A stretch of 64,000 bases of DNA from Myxococcota bacterium (GTDB taxonomy: Bacteria; Myxococcota_A; Polyangia; Nannocystales; Nannocystaceae): positions 64,001-128,000 of the forward strand of contig JBCCHT010000029.1 in the NCBI GenBank assembly GCA_039028615.1, in the 5' to 3' direction. The first letter of the stretch is position 1; the number at the start of each line of letters is the position of its first letter. Of the stretch, positions 50,536-58,270 are shown piece after piece. The notes under the pieces were generated by a model. That model was not told the DNA's origin. It saw only the letters and a list, made by a program, of their open reading frames with translations, and did no database searches. A program made the translations under genes and the position numbers.

Positions 50536-53280
50536 TCACTCGGGGGCGGCGAGGCGGTCGATCTGCGCCGCGATGTCGGCCGCGGCCGCGTCGTTGCCCG
50601 CGCGCACGTGCAGGTCCCTCAGCTGGCCCAGCAAGCGCGCGTACTCGGGGTGGTCCTCCCCGAGGCTCGATCGAGTGCCGGCCAGCGCTCGCTCGTAGCT
50701 CTCGCGAGCGTCTTCGAATCGGCCCTGCTCGAGCTGCGCCGCCGCGATGTTGCTGCGGGTCGCTGCGATCATGTGGTGCTCGGGGCCACGGGTGACCTCG
50801 AGCAACGCGAGCGCCTCGACGAAGTAGTTCTCGGCCTCGACGTAGTCGCCGTGACCGTACGCGGCCCCGCCCAGCCCATGCATGATGAAGGGCGCCCGGG
50901 TCCGCATCGAATGAGGGTGACCGCGATAGATGTCGAGCGCTCGCAGCAGGTGCGCGCGGACGGTCTCGTACTCGGTCTCGCCGTCCATCGCATGGGCGAG
51001 GTTGCCCAGCACCTGCGCGATGCGAACGTCGTCGGGGGCCACCGAGGCCTCGAGGCCCTCGAGCGCCGCCGTGAACTGCTCGCGAGCGGCGGCGTCTTGG
51101 CGCGCACTGCCGTAGGCGGCGCCCAAGGCGATACGCAGCCGGCAGACCTGCGGATGTGAGGGACCGAGCACGGCGGACGCATCGGCGATGCCCTGCAGCA
51201 GCACGCGCTCGGACTCTTCGGTACGACCCAGGCGGGTGAGCGCCTCGCTCCGCAGCGCCGCCGCCTGGATGCGATCGTCGTAGCCTCGCGGCGGCGTCAC
51301 CAGCCCGTCGAGCAGCTCCAGGGCCCCCGCGTAGTCCCCCCGTTGGTTGGCGGCATTGGCCTCGGCGAAGCGCAGCCGCACTCGGCACTCGTCCGTGGGC
51401 ACCTTCTCGAGCGCGATGGCGGCGTGCTTGCGCCACAGCTCGCCCTGCTCGGGCCGCCCCAGCCACGTCGCTTGCACGTCGACCAGCTCGGCCGCGGCCT
51501 TGCAGGCCCGCTCGAAGTCTTCGGCGACGATCGACGCGAAGTACGACGCCTCGAGATGACGCGCCGCTTCCTCGTGGCGCTGCAGGTTTCGTTCGAGGCG
51601 CCCCAGCATGAGCCCGGTGTCGGCCTGCAAGGGAGGGTGACCGAGGGCGGTGGCGCGGGAATCGATGGCCTCCGCCTGCGAGGCCACGGCCGATTCGTGC
51701 CCCGTGGTGATCTCGGCGCGCACGCGATGGAGTTCGGCTCGCAGGGCATCGATGTCGGCGGCGTGCTCGAGGGGCGGCGCCATCTCGGAGCGGGCCTGGA
51801 GGCGCTCGAGCTCGCCGCACCGGGCCGGGTCCGCCAACACGAACACCGAAGACAGCGCATGCTCGACGGTGGCCTCGTCGGCGGAAGTCAGCCGGTCGAC
51901 CAAGGCCTGGAGGGCGCCGCGTTGTTCGTCGAGGCAGGCCACCGCAGCGGAGAACTGCAGCTCCGAGCGCAGCCCTCGAACCCGGGTATCCTCGCAGCGT
52001 TCGCGATACTCGTCGGCCCAGCGGCGGCCGTAGTCGTCGAGGCCCTCGGAGACCCCCGCGGCCGTCGTCGCTGCACCCGGGACCCCCGTGGCCTCGAACG
52101 CACGGGTGACGGCCGCGCCCTGCTCGCTGGACCACACCGCGGCTAGGCGCTCGGGCGCCCCTTCGCACGGCGTGTCCACGGACGACGCCTCGCCCGACAG
52201 CACCACCGCCGCCCCGACCGCGCCCAGCATGGACAGACCGGCGAGGATGCGGACCCGACGACGTCGGCGATGGCGGACCGCCTCGAGGCGCGAGAGCAAC
52301 GCGGGCATGTCCTCGAAGCGCTCGGCCGCCCGCGGTCGCAGCCCTCGCTCGATGGCCACACGCAACGCCCGAGGCACCGGTCGCCCGCGCGACGACGATG
52401 ACGAACGTGGACTCGGCTCGGCATCGCGCGTCGTCGTCTGCCGCTCGGGTCGCGCCCCGTGCAGCGCTTCGTGCAACGCGACACAAAACGCGTATTGATC
52501 GGCCCGGGCGTCGACGGGCAGCCCCGCGACCTGCTCGGGCGGCATATAGCCGGGGGTCCCGGCAAAGGCCGAGCTGGCCGGGGTCATGCGAGCGCCGTCT
52601 TCGGTGTCGAGCTCGGCGTCCTCGAGGCCCCAGTCGTCGCCGGGATCGATGGGCCGGGCGAGGCTGAAATCGCCCACGCACGCTCGGCCGTCGCCGCGGA
52701 TGAACACGTTGTGCGGCTTGAAGTCGCGATGCACGAGGTCGCGCTCGTGGGCCGCCGCCAGGCCCGCCCCTGCTTCGAGGAAACGATCGAGGATCGCGTC
52801 GAGCGAGCGCGGCTTCGTTGTCAGCCAATCCCCGAGGGTGCCGCCCTCGGCCAATTCCATCACGACGTAAACCTGGTCGTCGATCTCACCAACCTCGAAG
52901 ATGCGAAGCACTCCGGGGTGATCGAGCTTCGCCATGGCTCGGCCTTCACGGACCATGCGAGCGCGACCTTCCTCGGCCCCGTGTCGCTCGGGGCGAAGGA
53001 TTTTCAGGGCGACTTGGCGCTGCAGCGTGGGGTCGTCGGCGGCGTACACGATGCCCATGCCGCCGTGCCCCAAGGTCCGTAGGACGCGGAATCGGCCCAC
53101 ACAGACGGGCTCCTTCGCTTCGAACAAGCGACCGGCCAGCGACGCCATCATCACGCGCGAGCGAAGGTCCTGCGCATCGGGGATCGCAGCGCGAATCCGC
53201 TGCGCTCGAGGGGCTACGATCGACTCGGGCGCGTCGTTGTCCCGAGTGAGTTCGGAGTTCTCGGTTGCGTGACTTTTCAT
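50536..53280 (-). CDS. Ser/Thr protein kinase with TM helix and C-terminal TPR array
   Basis: GHGGMGIVY, VALK, HRDFKPHN, DFS (variant of DFG), GTPGYMPPE; TM helix; kinesin-light-chain-type TPRs (LGPSHP, GPEHH, LGEDHP). Confidence 0.93.
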   Translation of the reverse strand: MKSHATENSELTRDNDAPESIVAPRAQRIRAAIPDAQDLRSRVMMASLAGRLFEAKEPVCVGRFRVLRTLGHGGMGIVYAADDPTLQRQVALKILRPERHGAEEGRARMVREGRAMAKLDHPGVLRIFEVGEIDDQVYVVMELAEGGTLGDWLTTKPRSLDAILDRFLEAGAGLAAAHERDLVHRDFKPHNVFIRGDGRACVGDFSLARPIDPGDDWGLEDAELDTEDGARMTPASSAFAGTPGYMPPEQVAGLPVDARADQYAFCVALHEALHGARPERQTTTRDAEPSPRSSSSSRGRPVPRALRVAIERGLRPRAAERFEDMPALLSRLEAVRHRRRRRVRILAGLSMLGAVGAAVVLSGEASSVDTPCEGAPERLAAVWSSEQGAAVTRAFEATGVPGAATTAAGVSEGLDDYGRRWADEYRERCEDTRVRGLRSELQFSAAVACLDEQRGALQALVDRLTSADEATVEHALSSVFVLADPARCGELERLQARSEMAPPLEHAADIDALRAELHRVRAEITTGHESAVASQAEAIDSRATALGHPPLQADTGLMLGRLERNLQRHEEAARHLEASYFASIVAEDFERACKAAAELVDVQATWLGRPEQGELWRKHAAIALEKVPTDECRVRLRFAEANAANQRGDYAGALELLDGLVTPPRGYDDRIQAAALRSEALTRLGRTEESERVLLQGIADASAVLGPSHPQVCRLRIALGAAYGSARQDAAAREQFTAALEGLEASVAPDDVRIAQVLGNLAHAMDGETEYETVRAHLLRALDIYRGHPHSMRTRAPFIMHGLGGAAYGHGDYVEAENYFVEALALLEVTRGPEHHMIAATRSNIAAAQLEQGRFEDARESYERALAGTRSSLGEDHPEYARLLGQLRDLHVRAGNDAAAADIAAQIDRLAAPE

Positions 53281-53339
53281 CGGGTGACGGATCGGAGCCC
53301 GACTTTCGATCGCCGACGGACCATGACTACCATCCCGGA

Positions 53340-53921
53340 ATGTCGTCGGACGCCGAGCTCTTCGCTGCGTGGTGTGAGGGCGACAACAAGGCCGGGAACG
53401 ACCTCCTCAAGGGACACTTCGAGCGTCTGCTTTGTTTCTTCAACAACAAGGCCGGCGACAACACCGAGGACCTCATCCAGCAGACGATGATGGCCTGCGT
53501 GCAATCGCGGGCCAAGCTGCGAGACCACTCGAGCTTCCGCGCCTTCTTGCTGCGAATCGCTCGCAACAAGCTCTTCGATTTCCTGCGCTCGCAGTCGCGC
53601 AACCGCGTGGACTTCGGCGTGTCGTCGGTCCACGACCTGCGCCCCTCGCCCAGCAGCCTGGTGGCCAAGGACCGAGAGCACGTCACCGTGCTCGAGGCCC
53701 TGCGCTCGCTGCCCGTGAACCTCCAGGTGGTGCTGGAGCTGCACTACTGGGACGAGCTGAGCGTGCGCGAAGTGGGCGAGGTGCTCGAGCTGCCCGAGGG
53801 CACCGTCAAGGGGCAGCTCAAGCGAGGCCGCGAAGCACTGGGCCGTGAGCTGCGACGACGCACGGGCCCGCACGCGGAGCTGGTGGTCGCGATGCAGCGC
53901 AGCCGGCCCCGAGGGGCCTGA
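53340..53921 (+). CDS. ECF sigma-70 factor
   Basis: Region 2 (TEDLIQQT...FRAFLLRIARNK) and region 4 (LRSLP...ELHYWDELS...GTVKGQLKRGR). ATG at 53340. Confidence 0.92.
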   Translation: MSSDAELFAAWCEGDNKAGNDLLKGHFERLLCFFNNKAGDNTEDLIQQTMMACVQSRAKLRDHSSFRAFLLRIARNKLFDFLRSQSRNRVDFGVSSVHDLRPSPSSLVAKDREHVTVLEALRSLPVNLQVVLELHYWDELSVREVGEVLELPEGTVKGQLKRGREALGRELRRRTGPHAELVVAMQRSRPRGA

Positions 53922-54058
53922 GGCCGCCCGGTTCCCGGCCGCAGAGGCCGGGCCATGAGATGGGTCGTGCCGCTCGACGGTTCGTGCTCCCGGCTCGGGT
54001 TCACTACTAAGTCGTCCGCGGCCCGACCCCGGTTCGATTTTTCTGCGGCGCGCCGGGC

Positions 54059-57000
54059 TCAGCCCTTGTCGAGCTGCTTGGCCAGGTCGCTGAGGTCCAG
54101 GCGGAAGCCCAGCACCCGATCGTTGCCGCGGTCCTTGCCGCCGTCGCCTCGGCCCGGCCCCCGCCCGCGATCGCCCTGACGTCCGCGTCGGTTGCCCTTG
54201 GGACCGCGCCCGCGATCGCCCTTGCCCTTGCCCCGGTCCCGGTCGTCGTTGCCGCGCCGACGCTTGCCGCCGCTCGGACGCCCCTCGGGCTTGGGCAGCA
54301 GCGCGCGCAGGCTCATGGAGAAGCGCTTGCGGTCGGCGGTGACCTCGATGACGCGCCCCTTGACCCGCTGGCCCACGTGAACCGCCTCGCCGGGGCTGGA
54401 GATGAAGCCGTGCACCAGCTCGCTGACGTGCACCAGCGCCTCTTGCGACAGGCCCACGTCGACGAAGGCGCCGAAGCTCGTCAGGTGCGTGACGATGCCC
54501 GGCAGCTCCATGCCGACCTTCAGGTCCTCGAACTTCTCGACGGAGAAATCGAACTCCACCGCCTCGAAGGGCGGCCGGGGATCACCCAGGGGCTCGCGCA
54601 GCTCCTCGAGCAGGCCCATGAGCGTGGGTTTGCCCATGGGCTCGCCGGTCATGCCCGGGCTGCCGAGCAGCTTGTCGCCCTCGATCTTGGCGACCAGCTC
54701 CCCGTTGCCGATGAGGTCACCCACCGTCACTCCGACTTGCTGGGCCATGGTGCCGACCTGCTCGTAGCGCTCGGGGTGGATCACCGTCTGGTCGAGCGCA
54801 TGGTCGCCGTCGACGATCCGCAAAAAGCCCGCGCTCTGCTCGAAGGTCTTACCCGGCACCCCCGCCACCGCGCCCAGGGCCTGCCGCGTGCGGAATGGAC
54901 CATGCTCGGTGCGATAGGCCACGACCGCCTGGGCCAGCGAGTGACTGAAGCCGACCACGCGGGCCAGCTCGTCCACCGAAGCCGTATTGGGATCGACGCC
55001 GAGTCGGTTGACGCAGGAGATGAGCACCTGCTCGAGAGCGGCACGAAGCTCCTCTTGGGCGACTTCGTGCTGGTGCTGGCCGAGGCTCAGCTTGCGCGCA
55101 TCGAGCTTGCCCAGCTCGGCCAGCGGATCCTGCAGGCGTCGACCGCCCGAGACCGCGCGACGCAGCGACGCGTCACCGTCGGCGAACTCCTGCTTGCCCG
55201 CGGGGCTGGACGCGAAGATTCCGGCCACGTCGCTGTCCACGGTGACGACCGGAGCGCTGAGCCCTTCCGTCTCTCGCACGAGCTCGCGACACAGCCGCTC
55301 GAGGTCACGACCGCCGTTGCCGTTGGTGACCGCGATCGCCTCGATTTTGTGCTCGGTCGCCAGCTCGATGAGCCGGGCCTTGGCCTGCGGCGCCTGGAGC
55401 TTGGGCTGCAGCGGGAACACGTCCTCGCGGGCGATGACCGAGCCGGTGGCGTCGAGCACGACCACGCGGCAACCGGGGGCGAACCCGGGGTCGATGGCCA
55501 TGACCGGACGACGCCCGAAGGCGGGAGCCATCAGCAGCGCGCGGTAGGCCTCGCAGAACTCGGCGATCGCTCGGCGATCGACCCGCTGCTTGAGGATCTT
55601 GCGGGCACCATCGCGGATGGAACGGCCCGAGGGGCCATCCCACGCCTCGCGCATGGCGATCTGCAGCTGCTTGCCGCACGGACGCTCCGGGTCGATGCCC
55701 AGCAGCTCGATACAGGCGGCGTCGAAGCTCTCGGTGTCGAGCTCGAGGCGGACCTGCAGCGCGCCCTCTCGCTCGCCGCGGAAGAGGCCGAGCACGTGGC
55801 TCGGGTTGGCCTTGGCGATGGGCTCGGGGCGCTCGGCCAGCTTGGCGTAGCGACCGCCCTTGTCCTTCTTGCCCGGGACCAGCGTGCCCTTGAGCTGCCC
55901 GCGCTCGAGCAACAAACTCCGCAGTCGCCGTTGGACGACCGGCACGCTCAGCGCGTCGTCGCCGACGATCAGCCGGGCGGTGGTGAGGTTCTGCTCGGGC
56001 GTGGGTGGAGGCGGCGGCGGTGCGGGAGGCTCGTTCGCCTCTGGGCTGGCCTGGGCCGCCTCGTCGCCCGACGCTGCGGTCTCGGACGCTCCTTCGTCTC
56101 CGCTGGCTTCGATCGGAGCGGCCTCGGCGGGCGCGTCCTGCTGGGCCTGCGTGGTGTCGGACGCTCCCCCGTCCTCGGCCGGAGTGGCCTCGGCTGCCTC
56201 GCTCGGCTGGGCCTGCGTGGCGTCGGACGCTCCCGCGTCTTCGGCCGGAGCGGCCTCGGTCGAGTCATTCTGTCGTGCCTGCGTGGCGTCGAGCGCTCCC
56301 GCGTCCTCGGCCGGAGCGGCCTCGGTCGAGTCACTCTGTCGTGCCTGCGTCGCGTCGGGAACTCCCGCGTCTTCGGCCGGAGCGGCCTCGGTGGGGGCAC
56401 TCGGCTGGGCCGGCACGGCGTCGGCCGCCCCGCCCTGCTCGGACCGAGCCGCGTCGGCGGACTCGCCTTCGGCGAGGGCGGCGTTGTTCTCTTCGCCCGG
56501 CTGAGCCTGCTCCGCATCGGCAGCAGCCTCGCCTCGTGGAGCCTGCAGGGCGGCCGAGGAATCGGCGTCGGCGTTGGCCGAATCGCCCGCGGGCGCAGCC
56601 TGGGTCACGGCCTCCGAGCCCTCGTTCGCGGCCGCGGCATTCTTCTTCTTGCGCTTGCGCTTGCGCTTCGGCTTGGCCGCCGGCGGCTGGCCAGGATGCT
56701 CCTTGGCCAGCTCCACGGGATCGGCATCGGGCACCACGGGTGCGTCTCCGGTGAGCCGCCCTTCGCTGCCGCACGCCCACAAGTGTGAAGCCAAGACGCC
56801 CAGCCCTCGAGACCTCGCCTTGCCGACCGCGCCCCCGCGCTTGCGCTTGCGCCCGCCGACCTTCGCGTCGTCGAGCTCGACCGGATGTGACGCGGTCACG
56901 ACGAGCTCACCGAGTTCGTCGTTCCACTGCGGCGTGGTCATGAGCTCGGCCCGCAGCTGTTGCCGCTTGAACTCGAAGGCCACCGCGGCCAAGGCTCGCG

Positions 57001-57196
57001 CCTGCACGCGCTCGAGATCTCGGATCGACAGCTTGCCGATGTGCTCGAGGCGATAGCGGGCCAGGAACGCGGGCTGGTCTCCAGCCGCGAGCAAGCGCAA
57101 GACCTCGGTGACCGTGGACTCGGACAGTCCGAGTTCACGAGCAATGGGAGGCGCCAGGGTCTCTGGTGCCAGGGCTGCGCTCAGGTCAGCGTCCAT
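54059..57196 (-). CDS. tex: Tex-family RNA-binding transcription accessory protein with large low-complexity insertion
   Basis: IARELGL...FLARYRLE, YqgF-like IDPGFAPGC, SGGRRLQDPLAEL, HhH GVDPNTAS, HPERY, and S1 domain FGAFVDVG...VHVSEL. Confidence 0.88.
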   Translation of the reverse strand: MDADLSAALAPETLAPPIARELGLSESTVTEVLRLLAAGDQPAFLARYRLEHIGKLSIRDLERVQARALAAVAFEFKRQQLRAELMTTPQWNDELGELVVTASHPVELDDAKVGGRKRKRGGAVGKARSRGLGVLASHLWACGSEGRLTGDAPVVPDADPVELAKEHPGQPPAAKPKRKRKRKKKNAAAANEGSEAVTQAAPAGDSANADADSSAALQAPRGEAAADAEQAQPGEENNAALAEGESADAARSEQGGAADAVPAQPSAPTEAAPAEDAGVPDATQARQSDSTEAAPAEDAGALDATQARQNDSTEAAPAEDAGASDATQAQPSEAAEATPAEDGGASDTTQAQQDAPAEAAPIEASGDEGASETAASGDEAAQASPEANEPPAPPPPPPTPEQNLTTARLIVGDDALSVPVVQRRLRSLLLERGQLKGTLVPGKKDKGGRYAKLAERPEPIAKANPSHVLGLFRGEREGALQVRLELDTESFDAACIELLGIDPERPCGKQLQIAMREAWDGPSGRSIRDGARKILKQRVDRRAIAEFCEAYRALLMAPAFGRRPVMAIDPGFAPGCRVVVLDATGSVIAREDVFPLQPKLQAPQAKARLIELATEHKIEAIAVTNGNGGRDLERLCRELVRETEGLSAPVVTVDSDVAGIFASSPAGKQEFADGDASLRRAVSGGRRLQDPLAELGKLDARKLSLGQHQHEVAQEELRAALEQVLISCVNRLGVDPNTASVDELARVVGFSHSLAQAVVAYRTEHGPFRTRQALGAVAGVPGKTFEQSAGFLRIVDGDHALDQTVIHPERYEQVGTMAQQVGVTVGDLIGNGELVAKIEGDKLLGSPGMTGEPMGKPTLMGLLEELREPLGDPRPPFEAVEFDFSVEKFEDLKVGMELPGIVTHLTSFGAFVDVGLSQEALVHVSELVHGFISSPGEAVHVGQRVKGRVIEVTADRKRFSMSLRALLPKPEGRPSGGKRRRGNDDRDRGKGKGDRGRGPKGNRRGRQGDRGRGPGRGDGGKDRGNDRVLGFRLDLSDLAKQLDKG
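56115..56392 (-). repeat. 66-bp coding tandem repeat (22 aa), about 4.2 copies, inside tex
   Basis: GGAG(C/T)GGCCTC anchor at 56115, 56181, 56247, 56313 and 56379; encodes EAAPAEDAGxxDATQA-like units. Confidence 0.92.
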
Positions 57197-57600
57197 GGGC
57201 CGAGCAAACTACGGAGCACGCTGCACGCGGTCAAGCTCGATGGTGGTGCGGGGGGCCCTGCGAGGGCTTTCACGGCAAAATCGCGCGTTGGAGCACACTT
57301 CGGGGGGCTCGTGGTCGCCCCTTCCCTCAGCGGTCCCCGGCTTCGACGCACGGTCCCCCGCAGGTCGGCCGGACCCGGCGACCCGTCCAGATGGGCAGGG
57401 CCGGGGCAGCGCAACCACCGCCCGCCGACCGCCCGAGCAATTTTCATGTTCGGTCGCCGTTGTTTTTTCGCCGGACCCGAGGCTCCGACCTTCGACCTCG
57501 ACCCTGCTTTTTCATCGCCGCAGCACCATCGAGGATCGAAACGCCCGCGGGGTGACGTCGGCAGTGGCGACGAAGTTTTTACGAAGTTTTCGCAAAGCTA

Positions 57601-57629
57601 TTGACGCGCCCGCGAAGTCGGCCTACAAC
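57601..57629 (+). promoter_or_regulatory. Sigma70 promoter of tRNA-fMet
   Basis: TTGACG-N17-TACAAC followed by the GC-rich discriminator GCCGGC; T-tracts upstream. Confidence 0.75.
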
Positions 57630-57657
57630 GCCGGCACTTCACAGCGAAGACCCCTGG

Positions 57658-57731
57658 TGCGGGGTGGAGCAGTCAGGTAGCTCGCCGGGCTCATAACCCG
57701 GAGGTCATAGGTTCAAATCCTGTCCCCGCTA
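57658..57731 (+). tRNA. Initiator tRNA-fMet (CAT), CCA not encoded
   Basis: Acceptor TGCGGGG/CCCCGCT with a 1:72 mismatch, A11:U24, anticodon arm CCGGG-CTCATAA-CCCGG with three consecutive G-C pairs, T loop TTCAAAT. Confidence 0.97.
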
Positions 57732-57735
57732 CTAC

Positions 57736-57776
57736 GAAACGCCGACTAGATTCTTCTAGTCGGCGTTTCCTTTTTT
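57736..57776 (+). terminator. Intrinsic terminator after tRNA-fMet
   Basis: GAAACGCCGACTAGA-TTCT-TCTAGTCGGCGTTTC perfect 15-bp stem, followed by CTTTTTT. Confidence 0.93.
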
Positions 57777-57921
57777 GCCCCTACTGCCCTTGGGCGGCCC
57801 CTGGCGTGGAATCGAAGGCCGGCGACCGCGAGTCGGAACACCGAGCGATCGAGCCCGCGCGACGGCAGCCGAAGGCCGAAGCGATCCCTCGGGGCGAAGG
57901 CGCTCTTGCCCCGGTCGGTGC

Positions 57922-58233
57922 TCACTTCGCGGGCGGCAAGACCCCGCGTCGTTCCGTCGCGCGAAGCTGACCCGACAGCACCATCCCAGCCGATCGATGG
58001 GAGCAGGATGATGAAGCCGGCCCCCCCGAAGATGAACAGGCTGAGGGCGAGGACCGCCACGAGCGCGACGAAGCCCCCGAGCATCGTCCATCGCAGCTGC
58101 GGTCGCTCGGCCTTCCGCGCGTCCCAATCGGGCGGGTCCCCAGTCGGTGCTCGCAGCGGTCGCACTGCTCTGACCCGAGCCGATGCGGCAGCGCGCAATT
58201 TTCGCATTCGATGGTGATGTCCCCTCGGGCCAC
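57922..58233 (-). pseudogene. Zinc-ribbon plus TM small protein, apparently split by two frameshifts
   Basis: CENC...CDRC zinc ribbon in one frame; hydrophobic MLGGFVALVAVLALSLFIFGGAGFIILLPSIGW in another frame directly following; plausible C-terminus back in the first frame. Confidence 0.55.
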
Positions 58234-58270
58234 GGCATCACGAGATGCCACACGCACCGTGGACTGGGCG

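Noticed and set aside
56115..56392. 66-bp periodic repeat with CRISPR-like period
   Set aside because: Whole units are similar to each other (no unique spacers), the period is a multiple of three, and it lies in-frame within tex.
57197..57569. Possible SRP or 6S RNA in the tex-tRNA intergenic region
   Set aside because: GC-rich stems exist, but the SRP domain IV consensus and a 6S-like long duplex with central bubble were not found.
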